This document shows positions 22,214-28,980 of a stretch of DNA of 28,980 bases, in pieces. Where the stretch lies: IMG/VR virus record IMGVR_UViG_3300042006_000037; one strand, given 5' to 3'. A program made the position numbers and the translations under genes. Each line of letters opens with the position of its first letter. Position 1 is the first letter of the stretch. The stretch comes from a virus. Lineage: Duplodnaviria; Heunggongvirae; Uroviricota; Caudoviricetes. The notes under the pieces are model-generated. The model searched no databases. It worked only from the letters and a program-made list of their open reading frames with translations, and was not told where the DNA came from.

Positions 22214-22495
22214 TTAACGTTTTTGTTGACCCTTGCGGGTTGCTGTACCGGTACAACTAAGACCACCACTCTCAAGACGACTCACCGTCTTCTGAACCTT
22301 AGCTGCAACTACTGTATACTTACCTTTACCGTAAGTATCGTTCACATGCTTCTGTGCTTCTGCTCGATTAGAAGTTTTCAAGAATAAGTAGTCACCGCTT
22401 GCATCTCGGATATAAAAGCTTCCAACCGGGATAAAGTCCCACGCACTGAATGCTTCAAACTCTACTATAACTGTCTTGATTTTCTTCTCAGCCAT
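22214..22495 (-). CDS. hypothetical protein (93 aa)
   Basis: GAGGA RBS; TAATG overlap. Confidence 0.75.
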   Translation of the reverse strand: MAEKKIKTVIVEFEAFSAWDFIPVGSFYIRDASGDYLFLKTSNRAEAQKHVNDTYGKGKYTVVAAKVQKTVSRLESGGLSCTGTATRKGQQKR

Positions 22496-22659
22496 TACAA
22501 CTTTTCCTCAATCAGTGCATCAATGTCATCTTTCTCGGTAGACGGAAGTGAGTAAATCATTTCACGCAGATCTGGGACAAGAAGTTGCACTTCGTGATGA
22601 CTGTAACCTAGTGCTTTTGCTTCATTCTTTACATATTCTACAGCTTGGTCAAGTGTCAT
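22495..22659 (-). CDS. 54-aa hypothetical protein, missed by ORF track
   Basis: MTLDQAVEYVKNEAK...; overlaps at both ends. Confidence 0.7.
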   Translation of the reverse strand: MTLDQAVEYVKNEAKALGYSHHEVQLLVPDLREMIYSLPSTEKDDIDALIEEKL

Positions 22660-22982
22660 GCTCGGTCCTCGTAAATGATTTTCATACCCAGTCGATCAGC
22701 GATTAGTTGTTCAAGACAAGCACCACGTGACATCTCCCAACCTTTCAACATATAGATCGCACCACATTGACCCAATTGAGTTAGATCGAATGCCATGTAA
22801 TCTTCCCAAGTTGCACCTTCAACAACACCATGTTCTGCTGGATTCTTAACTTCCCAACCATCGGCTTTAAACTTGTCAGCAGCAGAGTTAAACGCTGGGA
22901 AATTGAATTCAGGCAAACCAGTCATCGCACCAGCAATGTAAATAGTATTCTTACGTTGTTCTTTTGTTGGGATAACACTCAC
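22656..22982 (-). CDS. DUF4406 family protein (nucleoside deoxyribosyltransferase-like fold)
   Basis: IYIAG.MTGLP.FN.PAF...NPA...W..YM...L..C.AIY.L.GWE.S.GA..E. Confidence 0.8.
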   Translation of the reverse strand: MSVIPTKEQRKNTIYIAGAMTGLPEFNFPAFNSAADKFKADGWEVKNPAEHGVVEGATWEDYMAFDLTQLGQCGAIYMLKGWEMSRGACLEQLIADRLGMKIIYEDRA

Positions 22983-23182
22983 AGACCATACTCCTCTTTC
23001 AATTCATCAACAAGATCATCAGCATGACGATTACAAAGTGCATCAAACAACTTAACAATCAATTCATCGGCCTTCTCGGCAATGTTTGACGCTTCATCAC
23101 GACATTGGTAAAACCCATCATGATAATGACCGTATGTAAAACAGTTAGCTGGAATATTATCAATTCTTTCAGCAAACTTCAT
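22979..23182 (-). CDS. hypothetical protein (67 aa)
   Basis: GGAG RBS. Confidence 0.7.
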   Translation of the reverse strand: MKFAERIDNIPANCFTYGHYHDGFYQCRDEASNIAEKADELIVKLFDALCNRHADDLVDELKEEYGL

Positions 23183-23345
23183 TCAAATCTCCTTTAACAT
23201 TTCGTGTATCGATACACAAGTAAGCGAAATCATCGTCACCGTCGTAGTTGTTCATCCACTCTTCAGCATCATCGTGATCGAAGAACACTTCAAGAATTTG
23301 AGTGTCATGTGAGTCAACACCTTTCACAATATGAACTTTAATCAA
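23169..23345 (-). CDS. 58-aa acidic hypothetical protein (TTG start), missed by ORF track
   Basis: GGAGG RBS; fills operon gap. Confidence 0.6.
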   Translation of the reverse strand: MIKVHIVKGVDSHDTQILEVFFDHDDAEEWMNNYDGDDDFAYLCIDTRNVKGDLNEVC

Positions 23346-23541
23346 GAGAAACCTCCATCTTATTTACTTCAATGAACTCAGGATGATCATCTAACGTGAA
23401 GTTGGTCCACGTGTAACGCCAATAACCATCATGCAGTTCGTAATCTTCGTAGTGTACACCACATGAATGGTAACGTGCAACTGGTTTCTTACCAAGAGTT
23501 GCATCAAGTTTCGATTGCCATGTAACGATAGCACCTGACAT
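23338..23541 (-). CDS. hypothetical protein (67 aa)
   Basis: TAATG overlap. Confidence 0.7.
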   Translation of the reverse strand: MSGAIVTWQSKLDATLGKKPVARYHSCGVHYEDYELHDGYWRYTWTNFTLDDHPEFIEVNKMEVSLD

Positions 23542-23807
23542 TAAACTTTCTCCTCAACAAGTTCGGTCCAGTGAGCGCCACCGTTGTAGTGATATGTTTC
23601 GAAGTGAATAAAACCAGCCTCATCAACTGTCGTATTGTTCATACCATTGAGTTCACCACGTTTTACTTCCCAATGTGGAATGTAGAGTTCGTCATGAATT
23701 CGAACCAAACCCATATCCTGCGCGTTTTCAAAAGCATCTTCATCGAACAATTCGGTATCGATACCAGAAGGCTCCAACACACCTTTATTGTATTCCATCT
23801 CGCTCAT
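23541..23807 (-). CDS. acidic hypothetical protein (88 aa)
   Basis: ATGA overlap. Confidence 0.75.
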   Translation of the reverse strand: MSEMEYNKGVLEPSGIDTELFDEDAFENAQDMGLVRIHDELYIPHWEVKRGELNGMNNTTVDEAGFIHFETYHYNGGAHWTELVEEKV

Positions 23808-23977
23808 ACGTCACGCTCTTGATCGTATTGGAACTCAGCAATATCAATCAGTTCACAGATGGCGTCATCAACTTCCCAACTGGTGAACCCTGCGAGCTTA
23901 GCACTTACACGGGCAGATTTAAGACTTACCAGCATGTCAGCCAATGCAATTTCACGAATCTCTTTCTGGGTAATCAT
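23804..23977 (-). CDS. 57-aa hypothetical protein, missed by ORF track
   Basis: MITQKEIREIALADML...; GAGGAG RBS; overlaps at both ends. Confidence 0.7.
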   Translation of the reverse strand: MITQKEIREIALADMLVSLKSARVSAKLAGFTSWEVDDAICELIDIAEFQYDQERDV

Positions 23978-24132
23978 TATTTCATCTCCTCAACTGTCTT
24001 CTGCCATGATTGGCCTGAAATATACTTCTTCATTACATCTTTGTAATCAAGTTTCACTGTATCAACGATATTCAATTTCACTTGCTCAACATACCAAGTC
24101 CAACCACCTGTTGAATCTTTTACAACTGCCAT
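23977..24132 (-). CDS. 51-aa hypothetical protein, missed by ORF track
   Basis: MAVVKDSTGGWTWY...; TAATG overlaps at both ends. Confidence 0.7.
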   Translation of the reverse strand: MAVVKDSTGGWTWYVEQVKLNIVDTVKLDYKDVMKKYISGQSWQKTVEEMK

Positions 24133-24566
24133 TAGAATCCACCAAGTAGTTGAATCTGCTTACTATATTTGTTGATACGTTTTGCACTACAAGCATTGAT
24201 ACTGTTCATCAGATTAGCAGCAGTATCGCATAGTTTTACTTTAAGGGCCAGTTCATCCATACGAATATTATTTATATACTGATCATATCTTGTGAACGCA
24301 TCTTTGGTAACAAGACTAATCGCATTAACAACCTGATGTGAAAATCCAAGACTGAGTAACTCATCTGTTGTTGTATTCGTATCTTCAAGAATATCATGAA
24401 GAAGACAGGCAGCACGCAGATCATCAATACAGTCAGTACCACAACCATACATCCGAACAGCAATATTTTCAACTTGGTATAGGTGGAACATGTAAGGGTG
24501 CTCACCGTACAATTGACCGTGGTGCCTCAGAAGAGCGAGTTCACGGGCTTTGGTTACTTGAGTCAT
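24132..24566 (-). CDS. HD-domain hydrolase, Mesh1/SpoT-hydrolase-like
   Basis: A...H.GQ.YG..PY..HL..V...A.LLHDILEDT...V..VTK...A..VKL.D...N. Confidence 0.8.
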   Translation of the reverse strand: MTQVTKARELALLRHHGQLYGEHPYMFHLYQVENIAVRMYGCGTDCIDDLRAACLLHDILEDTNTTTDELLSLGFSHQVVNAISLVTKDAFTRYDQYINNIRMDELALKVKLCDTAANLMNSINACSAKRINKYSKQIQLLGGF

Positions 24567-24591
24567 TTTCATCTCCTTTGTTTGTCCGACC

Positions 24592-24619
24592 ATTCTACCA
24601 GAATTGTCATGCCTGTCAA
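24592..24619 (-). promoter_or_regulatory. sigma70-like promoter TTGACA-16-TAGAAT
   Basis: -35 at 24619-24614, -10 at 24597-24592. Confidence 0.8.
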
Positions 24620-24647
24620 CAACATAAACCACTTATTTCAGACGTGG

Positions 24648-24667
24648 AAAAGCCCGCCGAAGCGGGC
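24648..24667 (-). terminator. Rho-independent terminator with UUCG tetraloop
   Basis: GCCCGC-TTCG-GCGGGC-TTTT after the NAMPT-like gene. Confidence 0.85.
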
Positions 24668-24674
24668 CATCCAG

Positions 24675-26480
24675 TTACACCATCAGTTTTGCACGAATCT
24701 CATCAAGGGATGTTTGATTGTAGAAACTACCATCCAAGAATCGAATCTTCAGCATATTGGATTCACTCTGTTCAACCTCACGAGTGACATTATCGGTCAA
24801 GACATATTCATCATCAACCAGACCAACGTGCAACAGACCTTTAGCACTCTTCTTCTTGCTATCCGTCTTAGGATCTTTGAAGATCGGAATCGCCTTACCA
24901 TTAACTTCAGTGTAAGTTGCCTTAACGGCAAAGCCTAGAGAATCACGTGTCACACACTGGTAAGTGTAAGAGCCAACACCGAACATTGCATTACCAGAAG
25001 CGTAACCCTTGTCAAACAGGCGCTCAAGGATTGTTTGGCAACGATTGGTAGTAATAGAGTCGCCGTAGATCAAACCAATGTGGTCGTCCATCAAGAAGTG
25101 ACCAGTGGAAGTCTCAGTGTATCCGAAGATGTCCATCAATACTTCTACAGCACCTTTCTGTTCAACAGTTAACTCAACTTCACGAGCGTACCAACCTGTA
25201 AAATGTTTACTGTCGTAGTAACGCTCCTTGTGCACATAACCGTCGATGGAAACGATAACACCATCAGATGTACGACCAATGAAACTGGCTTCATCTCCAC
25301 CATCAAGGTCTTCAACTACGTTGTAACCAATGTCACATATAGAATCGGAAGCTTCATCTGTTTGCTCATCAAGCTCAGCAAAAGTGTGAGGGATGTTATA
25401 AATCTTAACACCACACAACACTTCTACAGGATCACCAGAGTCTGGACGAATAACTAGTCGTCCGGGCGTTACACCATTTGACTGGCGACGAAGGATAACT
25501 TCTTTCAGATATGGTAGACCACGAGAAATCAGACCGTAGAAGTCGAAGCTGTCAGCAACATACGAAAGAATACCAACTGGAAACTTCAGCATCAGTTCGT
25601 ACAGGAACATGATTTCAGCGATCAGTCGAGGATCTTCATCATTCCCAACCATTTTACTGTAGATGTCGTATTGCTCGTTGTTGACAAAAGCGTATACGTT
25701 TTCATCAAGTTCTTCTTCAATTCGCAGAATGTTACTTGTGCTTACAGCGTGCTCAGTTGCAGGTACAGAACATGCTACAAAGTTACCAGCCTTGTAATAC
25801 TGTTGTGCGTACAACACAGTACCAAGCGAATCACTACCCAAGAAACTACCAACGTGACCGAAACCAGAGCGTGCAGCATCTTCAGGACCAGACATACCAC
25901 GGTCAGCAAAGCTGTGTGCTTGAATATTAACTACTTCAAGAGCAGTACCTGTACGAATTGCATAGTCGGTCAACATTGCACGGTATTCAGCTGCAATAGT
26001 TGCCGCAGTACTTGGTTTCCAAGTAAGGTTGCTGATCACAGTTTCAAGGAAGTTAACCAACCAAAACGCATGTGCAATAGTGTTACGGATGGTCAGGACC
26101 GGAACACCCATGTTTACCTTACTACCTTCATCCAGAGTACGGATTTCCAGCGGAAGATAACCAAGATCGTGCAACTTCGAAAGACGATCAACTTGAATCA
26201 AATCATACCCAAAATAACTGTCGCACAAAAGCTTGAAACGACCGAGTGCAATGCCTTTGTCCATTTTGAAGAAGTCATCCCACATCTCAACGACTTCCAT
26301 CACAGCACCTTGGTGGCCGAGTACAACCAACTTACCATCGTAATACTTGGTGCACGAACGACGATAAATACTGTCAGAACGTGGTGTAAGGTTAGAAGAC
26401 ACAACCTCAGTATTGTCTGCGTACATGTCCATATGACCAGCCTTATACCCATCCGAGAGGAATGCTGCGAAAAGATTCAT
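24675..26480 (-). CDS. nadV: nicotinamide phosphoribosyltransferase-like protein (NadV/Namat)
   Basis: DGYK.GH, HSFADRG, SVPATEH, DSFD, IRPDSGDP, GLIYGDSIT, FGVGS, RDSLGFAVK, KDPKTD..KKSAKG. Confidence 0.92.
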   Translation of the reverse strand: MNLFAAFLSDGYKAGHMDMYADNTEVVSSNLTPRSDSIYRRSCTKYYDGKLVVLGHQGAVMEVVEMWDDFFKMDKGIALGRFKLLCDSYFGYDLIQVDRLSKLHDLGYLPLEIRTLDEGSKVNMGVPVLTIRNTIAHAFWLVNFLETVISNLTWKPSTAATIAAEYRAMLTDYAIRTGTALEVVNIQAHSFADRGMSGPEDAARSGFGHVGSFLGSDSLGTVLYAQQYYKAGNFVACSVPATEHAVSTSNILRIEEELDENVYAFVNNEQYDIYSKMVGNDEDPRLIAEIMFLYELMLKFPVGILSYVADSFDFYGLISRGLPYLKEVILRRQSNGVTPGRLVIRPDSGDPVEVLCGVKIYNIPHTFAELDEQTDEASDSICDIGYNVVEDLDGGDEASFIGRTSDGVIVSIDGYVHKERYYDSKHFTGWYAREVELTVEQKGAVEVLMDIFGYTETSTGHFLMDDHIGLIYGDSITTNRCQTILERLFDKGYASGNAMFGVGSYTYQCVTRDSLGFAVKATYTEVNGKAIPIFKDPKTDSKKKSAKGLLHVGLVDDEYVLTDNVTREVEQSESNMLKIRFLDGSFYNQTSLDEIRAKLMV

Positions 26481-26989
26481 ACTGTTTCTCCTGTGAAATT
26501 AATTTTGGCGAACTCGCCTTTGTATTTAAGTGCTGCTATATCGTAAGCTCTTGCTGCATCTTCTTTGTTGTCGTATCTACCGAGAAGTATTGACTTCTTA
26601 TCAACAGTTATTTGAGCCTGCCAAGGTTTACCTCTTTTTGTTGGGTAAACACCTTTATAACCTGATTCAGACCATCCATTTCTGTTTGCACAATTTCTAC
26701 CCCGTGTTGCAAGGCGAAGATTTGAAATTGTGTTATTACAACAGTCGCCATCTTCGTGGTCAAGCTCGCCATCTGGAAATACACCATGTATCATTAACCA
26801 AACCAATCGATGCTCACCATAAAGCTTGTTGTTTATCTTTACATACTTGTAACCAGAATGGTGCGTGTTACCTACACGATTCCCTACGGCACTTCTTGGA
26901 AAACCTCGTCTCCATTTCTTTAAATAAATACCATCCTCACCAAGAGAATAAAACTCCTGACAAATTGCGAGGAGTTCTTCATCCCTCAT
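26477..26989 (-). CDS. HNH homing endonuclease with AP2 domain
   Basis: HRLVW...G..P...LDH.DG...NN.I.NLR...N..N; SGYKGV...W.AQI...LG.Y...A.AYD.AA...GEFA..NF. Confidence 0.88.
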   Translation of the reverse strand: MRDEELLAICQEFYSLGEDGIYLKKWRRGFPRSAVGNRVGNTHHSGYKYVKINNKLYGEHRLVWLMIHGVFPDGELDHEDGDCCNNTISNLRLATRGRNCANRNGWSESGYKGVYPTKRGKPWQAQITVDKKSILLGRYDNKEDAARAYDIAALKYKGEFAKINFTGETV

Positions 26990-27001
26990 GTTTCTTTCTC
27001 C

Positions 27002-27325
27002 TTAAAATACGTCCCTACTTTCTAGATATTTAATGTGTGAACGCAATTCAGTTGTTAACCAATTGAACGCTGTCCTCAAATCTTGAACTGGTTTGTCACA
27101 GATAACTTCAAAACGATCCTGACTGTAACGGGCAATCTTGAAGTTATCATTAATGATCGAGTACATCGCAGGTCGATCAAATGGTTCATCATTCACCAAA
27201 GCATAAGTATGAGCCGGTTCAATTACTTCAGCTACCTTGTAAACTTTTCCAACAGTAATACCACCCGGTGGACCACGACGTAAATCAGAACGCGGTGTGG
27301 TGATTTGAACACATCTAACCTTCAT
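27002..27325 (-). CDS. hypothetical protein (107 aa)
   Basis: AAGGA RBS; operon context. Confidence 0.75.
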   Translation of the reverse strand: MKVRCVQITTPRSDLRRGPPGGITVGKVYKVAEVIEPAHTYALVNDEPFDRPAMYSIINDNFKIARYSQDRFEVICDKPVQDLRTAFNWLTTELRSHIKYLESRDVF

Positions 27326-27334
27326 TTGTAATCC

Positions 27335-28174
27335 TTAGTATACCGAAATGATACGGACAATACCGTTATTCTTGTCACTTATGATGCTGTCTGTAGTATA
27401 GATTGTGTCATAGTTCTTTGCAACAACATCTACACCTTTCGAGAACAATCCGTGTGTAACTGCCAAATCAAGATTCGAAACGTTACCCGTTGCCTCAAGA
27501 AGCTGTGAGACTTCGATGAATGTACGACCACCGTCACACAGGTCGTCGAGTACCAAGATGTTAGCACCTTCTGGAACGCTGTCAAGTAGTTTAAGACCTA
27601 CAATTTTACCAGTATGTGGATCGCGTTCTTTCGCACAGGTGATAACACCAGCAGCACCAACAGCTTTCGCAAACGTTTCACACTTCTTACTTGCACCAGC
27701 ATCTGGAGCAACAACGTAAACTTGACGAAAACTCGGATAGATATTACGGAAGATATCTAATTGAGTAACCTCAACCATGTTATCAATACAAGCATCAGCG
27801 ACGATACTGTGGGCGTCAAGGACGAACACTGATGAGAAACCCATAGCGTTGATCATCTTTCCTATTACTTTCAAGCTGTTAGGCTCACCAGCGTTCACAG
27901 CACGATCTTGGCGACTATATGGAATGTAAGGTAGTTCAAGTTCCAACTTAGCAACAGGGTATTGACGTTTTACAGCATCAACAACCATCGCAAGTGCAAT
28001 GATGTCATCATTGATTGTAAACCCCTCACTACCAAAGATACAAGTGATTTTAACCAGATCGTTTGTAAAGTCTTTTGCCTGACTACCCACTTGGATATCA
28101 ACCCCAACACAACCGTCAGGAAACTTCCATTGACGAACAGTAGTCTGGGTATGGTTCACGCTGTACTTAATCAT
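27335..28174 (-). CDS. prs: ribose-phosphate pyrophosphokinase-like protein (Prs/Adps)
   Basis: FPDG, PYIPYSRQDR, LDAHS, VAPDAGA, KER, LVLDDLCDGGRTF, VTHGLFS. Confidence 0.92.
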   Translation of the reverse strand: MIKYSVNHTQTTVRQWKFPDGCVGVDIQVGSQAKDFTNDLVKITCIFGSEGFTINDDIIALAMVVDAVKRQYPVAKLELELPYIPYSRQDRAVNAGEPNSLKVIGKMINAMGFSSVFVLDAHSIVADACIDNMVEVTQLDIFRNIYPSFRQVYVVAPDAGASKKCETFAKAVGAAGVITCAKERDPHTGKIVGLKLLDSVPEGANILVLDDLCDGGRTFIEVSQLLEATGNVSNLDLAVTHGLFSKGVDVVAKNYDTIYTTDSIISDKNNGIVRIISVY

Positions 28175-28386
28175 TGTAGAACTCCTTGGATTGCTTCACA
28201 GTCGTCATCATCAAACACCATATCATCACCATCTTCATCGATAGCAACATAACTGTAATATCCATTACCCCAATCTTTAATACTATCAATAGTTACAGTG
28301 CTACCAATCTCGAAACCATGAAATGTGGTATCGTCAATGATGCGAACAGTTACACCTTCTTTAAATTTAAGTTGAACCTTGCTCAT
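28171..28386 (-). CDS. small acidic hypothetical protein (71 aa)
   Basis: GGAG RBS; ATGA overlap. Confidence 0.75.
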   Translation of the reverse strand: MSKVQLKFKEGVTVRIIDDTTFHGFEIGSTVTIDSIKDWGNGYYSYVAIDEDGDDMVFDDDDCEAIQGVLQ

Positions 28387-28398
28387 TACTTCTTCTCC

Positions 28399-28980
28399 TT
28401 AAAACTCAATGTACGGATCAGCAACAGCGATCACGTTTGGAATCTTCAACTCATGCCACAGACGGATCATCTGTGGTCGGTCATCAACACAGGCAACGAT
28501 GTTATACTTATGTGTGAGGTATGTCCAGAAGATTTCTTCCTTTACAGCATTATCTTTTCGGAAATCACCATTCTTACGCATGTACAGAGCGTGCCAGAAC
28601 ATAGATCCAACATGTTCATTCAACCAATTGGCAGTTTCAACACGGCAGATATCGTCTCGACCTGAGCAGATGATGATAATGTAACCCATCATTGCATAGT
28701 TACGCAACATCTGAATCACAAATTCACGAGGTTTATCCTCACCAACACGCTTCCATTCAAATGGACCACGACCATCCATCTCAGCAATGGTTCCATCAAC
28801 ATCAAAGATAACAGCTTTCGGTAAACTTTCATCAGCAACATATGTCAGACGACCGACATAATCATGGTAATCTTTGAACTGACGATAGATTACACCTTCA
28901 CCAACACCATTTGGTCGCAGACGATCACGCTTGTAAGCAGTATCTTGTGCTACATGAAACTCTTTGATTTCAACAACATA
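28399..28980 (-). CDS. pseT: polynucleotide kinase/3'-phosphatase (PseT-like), 5' end outside window
   Basis: Frame open to window edge; end of kinase domain then HAD motif IFDVDGT, SGR, RK.GD.RKD...K, DDRPQ. Confidence 0.85.
   Translation of the reverse strand, partial: YVVEIKEFHVAQDTAYKRDRLRPNGVGEGVIYRQFKDYHDYVGRLTYVADESLPKAVIFDVDGTIAEMDGRGPFEWKRVGEDKPREFVIQMLRNYAMMGYIIIICSGRDDICRVETANWLNEHVGSMFWHALYMRKNGDFRKDNAVKEEIFWTYLTHKYNIVACVDDRPQMIRLWHELKIPNVIAVADPYIEF

Noticed and set aside
23403-23418. parS-like TGGTCCACGTGTAACG
   Set aside because: Only 13/16 match and inside a coding sequence; likely chance around a CACGTG core.
24675-26480. Intein or intron in the long NAMPT-like gene
   Set aside because: Frame is uninterrupted, with no Cys/Ser...His-Asn splice junctions or LAGLIDADG motifs in the inserts.
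25671-26546. 291-aa plus-strand ORF
   Set aside because: Antisense shadow of the NAMPT-like gene; no RBS or recognisable motif.
26530-27033. 167-aa plus-strand ORF (also 15689-16210, 24483-24938, 28186-28665 and similar)
   Set aside because: Antisense to well-supported minus-strand genes; TTG/CTG-type starts and no motifs.

Overview
A 29-kb segment of a lytic dsDNA phage genome. The gene set (NAMPT-like, PRPS-like, HD hydrolase, dCMP deaminase, ATP-dependent ligase, PNKP, PL7 alginate lyase) resembles PAK_P1/phiPsa374-type Pseudomonas myoviruses; this host and taxonomy are inferred, not verified. Bases 1-8681 (+) are an early/host-takeover-type array of about 29 small genes driven by at least 13 sigma70-like promoters. 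Eight of these share a 16-bp spacer with a fixed-position TT(C/T)TCTAA box. Bases 8682-9734 are a ~1-kb gene-free, hairpin-dense convergence zone, a plausible genome terminus or origin region. Bases 9735-28980 (-) are a tightly overlapping operon string of accessory, nucleotide-metabolism and counter-defence genes with four HNH/AP2-type endonuclease ORFs. The most notable signals are: three near-perfect chromosomal parS sites (4946, 8391, 9179) with no parAB in the window; sigma54 (-24/-12)-type boxes in non-coding DNA; a PRPS-like plus NAMPT-like pair matching the NARP1 NAD+-reconstitution pathway; a signal-peptide-less PL7 alginate lyase; a motif-order-permuted SLOG protein; and an Ocr-like acidic protein. 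All annotation is by eye from motifs and no database searches were run. No tRNA, rRNA or CRISPR array was seen.
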